Under the pieces are notes generated by a model. The model did not search any database. It saw nothing but the letters and a program-made list of their open reading frames with translations, and was not told the DNA's origin. Positions 1 through 8,780 of a DNA stretch of 32,000 nucleotides are shown here, one piece after another (positions within the stretch are counted from its first letter, which is position 1; each line of letters starts with the position of its first letter). The stretch lies in NCBI GenBank assembly GCA_048886185.1, contig JBHLKY010000020.1, positions 1 to 32,000 on the forward strand, read 5' to 3'. The DNA comes from Candidatus Hermodarchaeota archaeon. Lineage in GTDB: Archaea > Asgardarchaeota > Heimdallarchaeia > Hodarchaeales > Hodarchaeaceae. Made by a program: the position numbers and the translations under genes.

Positions 1-504
1 CTTCGTATTAGTGAAATAGGAGCTGTAGTTCAAGAAACCATTGAAGATTTTGGATATAAACCTATCTCAAATTTAACTGGTCATCAAATGCAGAAAGGAA
101 TTCTTCATACTGGAATTTCGATACCCAGTGTAAAATCTACTCCATTTTCTCAAAGAACAAAGTTAAAAGAAGGGGATATTCTCGCTATAGAACCCTTTAG
201 TACTCTGGGAAAAGCAGGTTATGTGGAAGCAACTGGTCTACCATTAATTTATTCATCAAAAGACAATCCAAAAACAGAAATAGGGAAAATTTTAAAGAAA
301 AGATTTCAGATTCTTCCTTTTTCTCTACGATCAGCTGACCTGTTTCTAAAGAATTTGCAAAAACCAACTGACAATTTGGTTGAAATTATGAAAAAAGATA
401 ATTTCCATGGTTATAGTCCTTTATTCGAACAAACTCATGGTTTTGTTGCACAAGCAGAACACACAGTTTTAGTAACAAGTAATGGAGCGAAAATCCTTAC
501 ATAG
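1..504 (+). CDS. map: Methionine aminopeptidase type II, 5'-truncated by the window edge
   Basis: Frame is open from base 1 (LRISEIGAVVQETIEDFGYKPISNLTGHQ). It carries the pita-bread metal ligand motifs TGH, AIEPF and AQAEHTVLV. The ORF-track start at 88 is an internal Met. Confidence 0.92.
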   Translation, partial: LRISEIGAVVQETIEDFGYKPISNLTGHQMQKGILHTGISIPSVKSTPFSQRTKLKEGDILAIEPFSTLGKAGYVEATGLPLIYSSKDNPKTEIGKILKKRFQILPFSLRSADLFLKNLQKPTDNLVEIMKKDNFHGYSPLFEQTHGFVAQAEHTVLVTSNGAKILT

Positions 505-511
505 CTATTTT

Positions 512-2488
512 TTATATAGTTCTTTTCGCAATTTGAGCCTCTATATTTAATAAAGCAAGACTGCTGAAATACCGAATACTAGGATCCTTTTCCAGTTTGT
601 GTTGTATTAATTCTAACAGTTCAGGAACAGCTGACACTCCCCCACGATAACCAAGAGCTTCGGCTGCTAATTCACGTACGGTGTAAACCCGATCTGTCTT
701 AATTGCTTGGATTAATACTGGAGAAATTAAAGAATCATAACCCTCAAAATGACCTAATGCATGAGCACTAGCACTTCGTACAGTATTAGCCTTATCCCCC
801 TTAAGTAAAGAAATTAAAATATCAATGATTTTATGTGTATAATACTCATTCGTAACCAACTCTGGAGTATCAATGATGGCTGTAAGAAATTCAACAGCTT
901 CTTGTCGCCATTCAACCTCTAAGGTTGGTTTCAGATATTCGAGTACTAACGGAACATCTTTGATATTAGCCCAAGCTGTTAAGATTTCTAAAAGGAATGG
1001 AACGATTTTTTGGTTCATTTTATCCTTCAAAAGCATGTGGATCTCTTCACTATGGTATATCGGATTTAATTTGGAAATAGCCCAAGCTGCTTGTCGTCTT
1101 ACAAAAGTATCATCATCAATTGTTAACCTATCTAAAAGAAATGGAAAGGTTGTTTCATCCTTTAATTGTCCAAGAAAGGTACATATTGCTGCTCTGAGAG
1201 AAAAAGACTGGGAAGTGGCTAAAATGTTTAGGATAAAAGGGAGATCGTTATTTTGAAAGTTATAATTATCTTTTAAGTGTGGAATAAAATTTTCCAAGGC
1301 CTCCAGGACTAATTCTCGAATAGGAGATTTGTCTTTCCTGAAAATAGTAAGTAAACAATTAGCTGCTTCTGGTACAGAATTCATCCGGGCTAAAAGTGCT
1401 ATCATCCCACTACGAATGTTTGATTCTAATTCAATCGAGCCAGCTGCATAACAAATTCTTTGTATAAGCTCAGAAGATGCTGGTTGGATCTGTTCAATTG
1501 ACCATGCTGAAATAGATCGAACATAAGAATCCTGATCTTCTAATCCTTTAAGTAATGCAGCAATTGCTTGTTGTGATTTAAGATTCCCCAATGCTTCAGC
1601 TGATGCTTCACGAACGGAAAAACTTGGATCCGTTGATAAAGCATCAGATAGTTCAGGAAGAGCATCAAAAGACGAGATCGTCCCAAGGGCATTAGCAGCG
1701 GCTGCACGGACACTAGGGATCCCATCATACTTTAATTTTTCGATTAATAATGAGGATAATTCAATTATTCCCCATTTACCCACAATTTCAATAGCCTTTT
1801 TTCTTAACAAAGGATTATGATCTGTTTCTATGATCAATTCTAATAAATCAATTAGTTTTGGATCATTAATTTCTCCCAATGCATCAAGTCCAAGTTTTCG
1901 AAGAGATGAAGACTCGTAAGTAGTTTCGACAAGGCTTATTATGTAATCTTGGAGACTAGTAGCGAGAACTTGAGCTTTTTTAGCTTGATGAAGAATTCCA
2001 CGGAGGATAGAGGCTCTAATTTCATCATTAAAACGATATTTATATAATGAATCTAGAAGAATTGAAGAACTAATGCTTCCAGTACAATAACCAACTAATT
2101 CTAAGCAATATCTTAAATGACACTCTTTTTGAATGAGATCCTTCAATCGAAAAGCTGTGTTATTGTTATCACTTTCCTCAGTCACCTTGAGGAGGATTGA
2201 AGAGAGGCTAATGAATAGCTTGTCAATTGTTGCTGAATCAGTTTCAGCCTCAAACCAATTTAACATTGCATCAAGGACTTCAAAATGACCAGTAAGACTC
2301 ATTGCAATGATTTCACGAACCTCAGGGTTATGCGAGCGTGAGAAAGTCATCAATTTGTTTATCAAACGGAATGATTTCCGTTGGGCGAGATGAGATGCGA
2401 TTAAGGCTTTAACTTGAAGATCGGGATCTTCTTCAATTGTCTGCAATAGGAAATCCTGGATAATTTTTATATCAGGTGCTTCAACCAT
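512..2488 (-). CDS. HEAT/PBS-lyase-like repeat protein (alpha-solenoid), 658 aa
   Basis: Recurring units such as VRAAAANALGTI, VREASAEALGNL, VRRQAAWAISKL, VRSASAHALGHF and VRELAAEALGYR run through most of the protein. Confidence 0.9.
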   Translation of the reverse strand: MVEAPDIKIIQDFLLQTIEEDPDLQVKALIASHLAQRKSFRLINKLMTFSRSHNPEVREIIAMSLTGHFEVLDAMLNWFEAETDSATIDKLFISLSSILLKVTEESDNNNTAFRLKDLIQKECHLRYCLELVGYCTGSISSSILLDSLYKYRFNDEIRASILRGILHQAKKAQVLATSLQDYIISLVETTYESSSLRKLGLDALGEINDPKLIDLLELIIETDHNPLLRKKAIEIVGKWGIIELSSLLIEKLKYDGIPSVRAAAANALGTISSFDALPELSDALSTDPSFSVREASAEALGNLKSQQAIAALLKGLEDQDSYVRSISAWSIEQIQPASSELIQRICYAAGSIELESNIRSGMIALLARMNSVPEAANCLLTIFRKDKSPIRELVLEALENFIPHLKDNYNFQNNDLPFILNILATSQSFSLRAAICTFLGQLKDETTFPFLLDRLTIDDDTFVRRQAAWAISKLNPIYHSEEIHMLLKDKMNQKIVPFLLEILTAWANIKDVPLVLEYLKPTLEVEWRQEAVEFLTAIIDTPELVTNEYYTHKIIDILISLLKGDKANTVRSASAHALGHFEGYDSLISPVLIQAIKTDRVYTVRELAAEALGYRGGVSAVPELLELIQHKLEKDPSIRYFSSLALLNIEAQIAKRTI

Positions 2489-2686
2489 AGGAAACCGCCC
2501 AAAATCAAAAGAAATAGTGAATTTGTAAACATTTGACTTATTGGCACTTTCCTATCCTTGATATTTATAAATCCTCGAATACAATCTTCTTATAACATTG
2601 TGAAATGTATATTTTGAATATATCTTGAGATCAAACAATACCACTAAATTAATACAAACTAAAAACCAAAGAGGACAGTTTGATGT

Positions 2687-3490
2687 ATGTCAGAACGAGA
2701 ACAGAATAAGATTGCTGAAGATGAATTATTGGAAAATCTCACTCAGATCATGTTTTTCCCATCATGGAGTAAATTAATTCAATCTGAATCCTTTTTTGGG
2801 TTTTATTTAAACCAACCTGTCTATGAAGTAATCAAGGATAATGTTATTCTATTGCCTGATCTTGTTCTTACAGGATTAGAAGAAACTACAGGAGAACCCT
2901 TTATATTCCTAACTGGGGTTGGAACATATTATGTGCAATTTCGGTTAAGACCTGGAGAAATTATAACTGATCATCGTGAGCTTACTGGTATTGTCCTACC
3001 TTTAGACATTTATGATAAAGCTCAAGATGTAACAGGATCAATGGTTAATTCTGAAAAACTGATGATGACTGAATATCTGGTTTCCATTCCTTTTTCCTTA
3101 TTATTTGAAAAACAAACAACCCAAATGTATCTTAGAGGTGTGGTTGCTAGGAATGTTATTCATCCTTATAAAGACTGCTTCAACCAATTTTTAAAAGTCT
3201 GTAGTGATCCTAATAGTTTAACGAAAGAAGAAGGATTCAAAGTTCTTTCAGGAGGTTTATCAACTCAAATTCCACTCTACAACAATGAACTCTTAACAGA
3301 AAAAACATTAGCTAATTATTCTAAAATTACGGCTGGTCTAAAAAATATCCAACCTAAAGTAGGAAAAATACTTTCTGATCTTCAGTTGGAGGATGAGTCA
3401 ATGAGAAATTCGATTTTTGAAAAAATTAGTTTAATTAAGAGAGATTATGTCGAATTAGGATATCCTCGCCTATTAGATTGGGTACCATAA
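2687..3490 (+). CDS. Hypothetical protein, 267 aa
   Basis: Long ORF with protein-like composition and GAGGA upstream of the ATG. No family motif recognised. Confidence 0.8.
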   Translation: MSEREQNKIAEDELLENLTQIMFFPSWSKLIQSESFFGFYLNQPVYEVIKDNVILLPDLVLTGLEETTGEPFIFLTGVGTYYVQFRLRPGEIITDHRELTGIVLPLDIYDKAQDVTGSMVNSEKLMMTEYLVSIPFSLLFEKQTTQMYLRGVVARNVIHPYKDCFNQFLKVCSDPNSLTKEEGFKVLSGGLSTQIPLYNNELLTEKTLANYSKITAGLKNIQPKVGKILSDLQLEDESMRNSIFEKISLIKRDYVELGYPRLLDWVP

Positions 3491-3525
3491 TAATCTATTC
3501 AATTTCCTTTTCTCGTTCTCTATGG

Positions 3526-4290
3526 CTAGAGGCTTAAATTTTTAGTTAAAAACTGTAGGAGAATTTTATTAAATTCCTCCGTATTTTCATGAACAATTCC
3601 ATGATCACTATCGAATTCAATAACATCAGCCTGAGGAAGATGTTTTTTTAATATCTCAATTACTATTGAAGGATTGACGCTATCCTTGCTACCATAAAGC
3701 ATTAAAAGAGGAACCTTTATTTGTTCAAGCTGTTGAAAGTAAGGAGTCAATCGCTTATAACGTCTTTTTACTGAGATATAGGTTTTATATTTTTGAACTC
3801 TCTTTACTATCACCCATAAAAATGAAATCAGATAACTTCTGTTTTGACCAATTCGCTTCTCTTTTGCCATAAAATTCCATGATCGCGTTATCTTACCAAG
3901 AAATGGACGAGGACTCACAAGGATTATTCCTTGTACACTTTCAGGATATTCTAATGTATACATTAAAGCTAATGTTCCACCAATACTATAACCTACAAGG
4001 ATTGGTTTTTGTTGGAGTTGTAATTGAGTCAATAAGAATCGTAAATCAAGGATATGATCAGATGTTTTGTGTTTTTCCACCTTTTTACCAATGCTAGATT
4101 TTCCATACCCACGTAAGTCAGGTGCTATCAGTTGGAATTGAGATAATAGTTTCGGATTGTTTAATTGATGGCCCCAGTGGGTTTGTGAACTTCCTAAATA
4201 TCCATGGATAAACACAACTGGGTATCCCTCGCTAATTTTCCCAGTGTGGTAATAGAAAAGACGATATCCGTCGCGAGTGATGTGTGGCAA
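3526..4290 (-). CDS. Alpha/beta-fold hydrolase
   Basis: Motifs FIHGY (oxyanion), DLRGYGKS, the GYSIGG nucleophile elbow, YGSKD and DHG (acid and His). The TTG start is needed because the first internal Met lies after the nucleophile. Confidence 0.9.
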   Translation of the reverse strand: MPHITRDGYRLFYYHTGKISEGYPVVFIHGYLGSSQTHWGHQLNNPKLLSQFQLIAPDLRGYGKSSIGKKVEKHKTSDHILDLRFLLTQLQLQQKPILVGYSIGGTLALMYTLEYPESVQGIILVSPRPFLGKITRSWNFMAKEKRIGQNRSYLISFLWVIVKRVQKYKTYISVKRRYKRLTPYFQQLEQIKVPLLMLYGSKDSVNPSIVIEILKKHLPQADVIEFDSDHGIVHENTEEFNKILLQFLTKNLSL

Positions 4291-4472
4291 TTATACTTGA
4301 ACTCCAACCTGATATGGACGATTTTTATTGGGATTAAGTGATTGTACAAAGACTTTCTATCATTATGATAATGGTATCGAAAAAATTCTACCTCTATTAC
4401 TTAAATCTTCTTAAAATAATCATCATATCTTGAAATTCTGATGTAGAAACAAGAATAAAATAAGATTATTCA

Positions 4473-4613
4473 CTATTCCAAAACTGGGGTAGTAGCGAAT
4501 GATCCACAAAATGGGCATGAAAATGGCCGAATTTTGGATCTATTTTTCTCTGTTTTCACTGTAAAAACATGAAAGCAATGACCACAAGCGATTTTTAGCT
4601 TAACTTTCGACAT
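4473..4613 (-). CDS. Small zinc-ribbon/CPxCG-type microprotein, 46 aa (not in ORF track)
   Basis: Hand translation: MSKVKLKIACGHCFHVFTVKTEKNRSKIRPFSCPFCGSFATTPVLE*. It has an ATG start, a TAG stop and CxxC-x19-CxxC, and lies wholly in an otherwise empty intergenic gap. Confidence 0.75.
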   Translation of the reverse strand: MSKVKLKIACGHCFHVFTVKTEKNRSKIRPFSCPFCGSFATTPVLE

Positions 4614-4956
4614 TCTAATATTAATAGGTTTACTGTGTTATTCATCCCCTATAAAACCTACTGGCATAGGATAATTAAATACTGTTCCCTTACTAGCCAT
4701 GAATCCATCAATTTTATCACGAAATTCTTGAGTAACTAGATCAATCCACTTGAATATCTTCTGTGAAATGCCTATTCCTTTTTATCAAAGGATTATAGAT
4801 GATAGAGAATTTTCATTACCAATTTGTAATAATTTTTTAAAGTCTTGAAGTTGAATAACTCGAATGAGTATGTAGATTATTCATTGCTATCCCTAGTAAT
4901 GGAAATCATAACTTTCGTAGTAGACCGAAATGAATTGAATATTGATTTGACTAACA

Positions 4957-6627
4957 ATGAATCTTCAAAAATTAAATTTAGAAAATTTTCGAAGCATACC
5001 TCGTTTAGCACTAAACAATCTCCAGAAATTGAATTGTTTCATTGGTCCATATAATTCAGGGAAGACAAATGTATTAGATGCAATTTCTATCTTTTGGGAT
5101 CCCTTTATTCGTGCCAGAGTGCAACAAAACCAATTGAAAACAGAAAGTTTAGGCCAAGAATTACAACAGGCTCCTCCAATTCTTTCATTTATAAGTAAAT
5201 CAAACGTTATTCGAGGGATGTTTGAATTAAGGATAGATAGAACACTTGAATCTTGGCGTAGAAATGACTATCTTCGTGAAATCTTCGCAAAAACTGCTTC
5301 ACTCCATAAAAAAAAACAGTCATATGATTTTTTCGACAAATTCCTTGAAAAAATAGAAGTAATGGTGAATCTTTCAGAGATTTCAGCTCTCAAATTTGAT
5401 ATGCTCCTTTCTCAAGAACAATTAATGTTTACTGAACAGAAATGCTTTTTACAACTAAAAAATGATGAAATAATACCATTTAAATCAAACAACATTCCAA
5501 TAATCCAACAAGCAATAGGATCAGTATTTTTCAGACGTTTTCAAGAAAATTCTGAACATGAGTTCCTAAATGAAAATATTTCACGAATAATAAAGAATAA
5601 GGATTATACTGCAATAACAGCAATTGAAAACTTTTTAAAGGATGTAGTAGGGCAGGAATTTGTTTTTGAGTTAGGAAACAAACAAGACGTACAGATTACA
5701 ATTGAAAACGCTTTTTCAAGCCCTCTTTGGAGAATGTCCATAGGCAGTATTAGAATTATATCTCTAGCATATCTTCTAACTGCAAGTCCAGTAAATCAGA
5801 TTATTATAATAGATGATCCAGGATTATATCTTCATCCGAAAGGGGAACGAAATCTTGCCAGAAAGCTCGAAACTTTCTCAGTTGATCATCAAATCTTCTT
5901 CTCTACTCATTCAACAAGATTATTGATTGGTCATGCGTTTCTAGTAGAGCTCAATAAAGGATGGACCAAAGTTCGCCCTATCTATGGCGAAAAATCAATG
6001 AAGAAAGTTGTAAAACTACTAGGTATTAGACCATCAGACTCTCTTGGAGCTGATGTTGTTGTTTTCGTAGAAGGAAGAACAGATGCAAGAGTTTTTCGAG
6101 TGTTCGAAGATATTATACTAGACAACCAATTTCAAGGATTTCGCAACAGGGTTTCTTATATTGGAGTTGGTGGATGGACAAATATGAAGTTTGTTCTTTC
6201 TATTGAACTTCTGAAAAGTAAGTTTGTTCGGAGTCGGGCGGTGGCAATTACTGATGGCGATATCATTGATTCTGAAACATACCTTAATATTAAAAAGAAC
6301 TGGGCTTCAGTTTTTCCAGAAAGTACATTCTTTTCATTAAAAGCATCTAGTATTGAAACTTTGTTCCTCAATAACCCAGCTGTTTTTTTAAGGGCAATTC
6401 CCATGAAATCTAAGGAACATCCGCCCATAGAAGAAATCAAAGATTTCATCGCAAGGAAAAGAGAAAGAAAAGTACTAGATAAGAAAATTATGTTAGAAAT
6501 TTTAGAGAGATATTTTAGTGGGAGACGATATGGATCTACTATGGCTGAACTTCTTGCAAAGAACTTCAAGAAAAATGAAATTCCAGATTATTTGATTGAT
6601 TTCTTCAAAGAACACATTATTTATTAA
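4957..6627 (+). CDS. OLD-family-like ABC/AAA ATPase with C-terminal TOPRIM nuclease domain
   Basis: ATPase motifs: N-terminal LENFRSI, Walker A GPYNSGKT, Walker B region IIIIDDPGLYLHP, H-loop STHS. TOPRIM motifs: VVFVEGRTD, IGVGG, ITDGD. Confidence 0.85.
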   Translation: MNLQKLNLENFRSIPRLALNNLQKLNCFIGPYNSGKTNVLDAISIFWDPFIRARVQQNQLKTESLGQELQQAPPILSFISKSNVIRGMFELRIDRTLESWRRNDYLREIFAKTASLHKKKQSYDFFDKFLEKIEVMVNLSEISALKFDMLLSQEQLMFTEQKCFLQLKNDEIIPFKSNNIPIIQQAIGSVFFRRFQENSEHEFLNENISRIIKNKDYTAITAIENFLKDVVGQEFVFELGNKQDVQITIENAFSSPLWRMSIGSIRIISLAYLLTASPVNQIIIIDDPGLYLHPKGERNLARKLETFSVDHQIFFSTHSTRLLIGHAFLVELNKGWTKVRPIYGEKSMKKVVKLLGIRPSDSLGADVVVFVEGRTDARVFRVFEDIILDNQFQGFRNRVSYIGVGGWTNMKFVLSIELLKSKFVRSRAVAITDGDIIDSETYLNIKKNWASVFPESTFFSLKASSIETLFLNNPAVFLRAIPMKSKEHPPIEEIKDFIARKRERKVLDKKIMLEILERYFSGRRYGSTMAELLAKNFKKNEIPDYLIDFFKEHIIY

Positions 6628-6726
6628 TTCTTGAAGAAGACATTTGTAAATCCTGTCAAAATAACAAAGTACTTAAGCAAGTTTTAATGTTATGAGTATA
6701 AAACAACCCCACAAGATGGACGTCGG

Positions 6727-7602
6727 ATGCCTAAGATATTACTCCTCGGATTACCTAAAGCTGGAAAATCATCAATACTCAGAGAATCATATGAGAAAAT
6801 AACTAAATTAGAAGAGAATCCATATAAAAATAAGATACTTAAAGTCAAATCTCTCGAAAAAATTCTTCATATTGAATTCCAAGAAGTAAATTCTATTGAA
6901 CACTTCTCTGAAGAAGAAATCGAAGAAACATTTTCGAATGTTCAAGTTGTTTTATGGGTGTTGGATGTTGCTGAGGAAAGCACGATTTCAATTTCTCTGT
7001 TTCATTGGAAGAAGACTATTAAATATTTAAAAAAATACTCCCCATTTGCATCAAAATTCATTTGTTTTCATAAAACAGATTTATTAACCATAGAAGATGA
7101 AAAAACCTTCTTCAACACATTAAAAAATGATTTTCAAGTTGATCTTGAAGGAAACGTAAACTTCTACAACACCTCCCTAACAGATGAATCACTGTTAGCT
7201 ATGATGGCTCAAATCATGAAAATGATTCACGAGTCATCATTTGAGATAAAACAAGCCCAAAATAAAATGACCGAATTTTTAAATGCTAATGAGGATTTTT
7301 ATGGTGTTACAATTCTCTCTTCGGATGGATTACCGGTTACTGAATATGGTGAAAAGGTTGAATATGTTATTCTACCAGCCAATTTATGGCTTGGCGCCAA
7401 TGAACGATTAAAAGAAGCATTTGGCACAAAAACACTATCTTGCACAATACATCTTGACGATCAATATTTAATCTTTTTTGATATCGGATCCGATTTATTA
7501 TTAACGACAGTTGCTAAGAAAGAAGCTCCTTTGCAATTTTCATTTATAAGAAGTGACTTATTAGCACAATCTCTACGTGAAATTTTTGGTTCTTCTCATT
7601 AA
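6727..7602 (+). CDS. Rag/Gtr1-like small GTPase fused to a C-terminal roadblock domain; G3 motif degenerate
   Basis: G1 GLPKAGKS; Rag-like segment TFSNVQVVLWVLDV; G4 HKTD; G5-like FYNTSLTDES. The C-terminal part has the roadblock-type GVTILSSDGLPV. Confidence 0.8.
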   Translation: MPKILLLGLPKAGKSSILRESYEKITKLEENPYKNKILKVKSLEKILHIEFQEVNSIEHFSEEEIEETFSNVQVVLWVLDVAEESTISISLFHWKKTIKYLKKYSPFASKFICFHKTDLLTIEDEKTFFNTLKNDFQVDLEGNVNFYNTSLTDESLLAMMAQIMKMIHESSFEIKQAQNKMTEFLNANEDFYGVTILSSDGLPVTEYGEKVEYVILPANLWLGANERLKEAFGTKTLSCTIHLDDQYLIFFDIGSDLLLTTVAKKEAPLQFSFIRSDLLAQSLREIFGSSH

Positions 7603-7625
7603 CAATCAATGTTTTCTTTTCTTAG

Positions 7626-8780
7626 TCATTTTAACTTCTCTTCTTTAGCAAAGTCACGGTTTAATGAAAATTCCTTTAGAATCTCTTTATCCTTTGTTGT
7701 ATTTTTTTTAGCTACAAGACGTGCAATAACTTCACCAATCCCTGGTCCAAGCATATATCCTTGACCGCACATCCCCACTGCATTAATATATCCTTCAATT
7801 TCATTAATTGGACCCACAATGGGACACCCATCAGGAGTCATGGGATATAAACCACGCCAAGTACGCCGAACACGGATGCTTTTGAGTCTTGGAAGTAAAT
7901 TAATCATTCTTTTTGCTATTTGTGGTAGAAAAACACTTGTTTCTCGTCTATCTGTTCCTACAATAAGAGGGTGTGGTGTAAGACAAAAAATTATCTTTCC
8001 CTCTCTATTCTGGTAAAAATAATAGTTCGTAGATCCTTCTGAAGGTCGAATATCTACAATCATTGGTGAAAAGAATCGTTTAACTGGCTCTGTAATACCT
8101 GCTTCATGAGAATCAGGAATTACAGGAACATTAGAGTCTATCATTCGAGCAATATCTCTCGCTTGAGCCCCTGCAGCATTAATTATGTATTGTGATTTAT
8201 GATTATCCTTGAGAGTCTTTACAGATAGTATTTTTTTCTTATTATTAGTCTTAATATCTATTACTTTTTCTTTGAATTTAAAATTTACTCCATAATTCTG
8301 TGCTTGACGATAAAAAGCATTTATAGCACGTAATGGGGAAGCATTGCCATCCTTGGGTGAAAATGTTCCTCCCAGAAGCCCATTCCTATTAATTCCTGGA
8401 ATTAATTCCATAATTTTTTCAGGCTGTAAAAAATCGATTTTCAACCCATATTGTTTTTGGAACTTTACAGTTTCCTTCAACATTTGTTCATGGGCTTCAT
8501 CATAGGCTACAAAAGAGTATCCACCTTGTATCCACTCAATATCATCCCCAAATTTCTCCTCCCACTTTGAAAATATCTCTATAGAACGTTGACACACCCA
8601 TATTTTCGCTTTATGGGAATGAGTTGCTCTTATCCCTCCAATTGCGTGTTTATTATCTCCACATCCTACAGAAGGAGCACTATCTAGCACTAATGTCTTA
8701 AGGCCCTCTTTACCCATAGCTAATGCCGTGGGAACACCTACACTGCCTGCTCCAATGATAATGCAATCATATTCAGTCAG
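7626..8780 (-). CDS. FAD-dependent oxidoreductase (DAO / sarcosine oxidase beta / proline dehydrogenase beta-like)
   Basis: The in-frame extension upstream of the ATG at 8717 contains the Rossmann motif YDCIIIGAGSVG. Other motifs: WRGLYPMTPDGCPIVG and GMCGQGYMLGPGIG. Probable CTG start at 8780. Confidence 0.88.
   Translation of the reverse strand: MTEYDCIIIGAGSVGVPTALAMGKEGLKTLVLDSAPSVGCGDNKHAIGGIRATHSHKAKIWVCQRSIEIFSKWEEKFGDDIEWIQGGYSFVAYDEAHEQMLKETVKFQKQYGLKIDFLQPEKIMELIPGINRNGLLGGTFSPKDGNASPLRAINAFYRQAQNYGVNFKFKEKVIDIKTNNKKKILSVKTLKDNHKSQYIINAAGAQARDIARMIDSNVPVIPDSHEAGITEPVKRFFSPMIVDIRPSEGSTNYYFYQNREGKIIFCLTPHPLIVGTDRRETSVFLPQIAKRMINLLPRLKSIRVRRTWRGLYPMTPDGCPIVGPINEIEGYINAVGMCGQGYMLGPGIGEVIARLVAKKNTTKDKEILKEFSLNRDFAKEEKLK

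Noticed and set aside
4473-4613. Identity of the microprotein as RNA polymerase subunit Rpo12 (RpoP)
   Set aside because: The size and cysteine pattern are similar, but the conserved R-CPxCG-x-RILxKxR-type C-terminal signature is absent.
4845-5054. 69-aa plus-strand ORF upstream of the OLD-type nuclease
   Set aside because: It overlaps the nuclease start by 98 bp in another frame, has no motif, and its 3' half is a shadow of the nuclease.
4957-6627. Gabija, PARIS or retron system
   Set aside because: No adjacent UvrD-like helicase, separate AriA/AriB pair, reverse transcriptase or msr-msd structure is seen.
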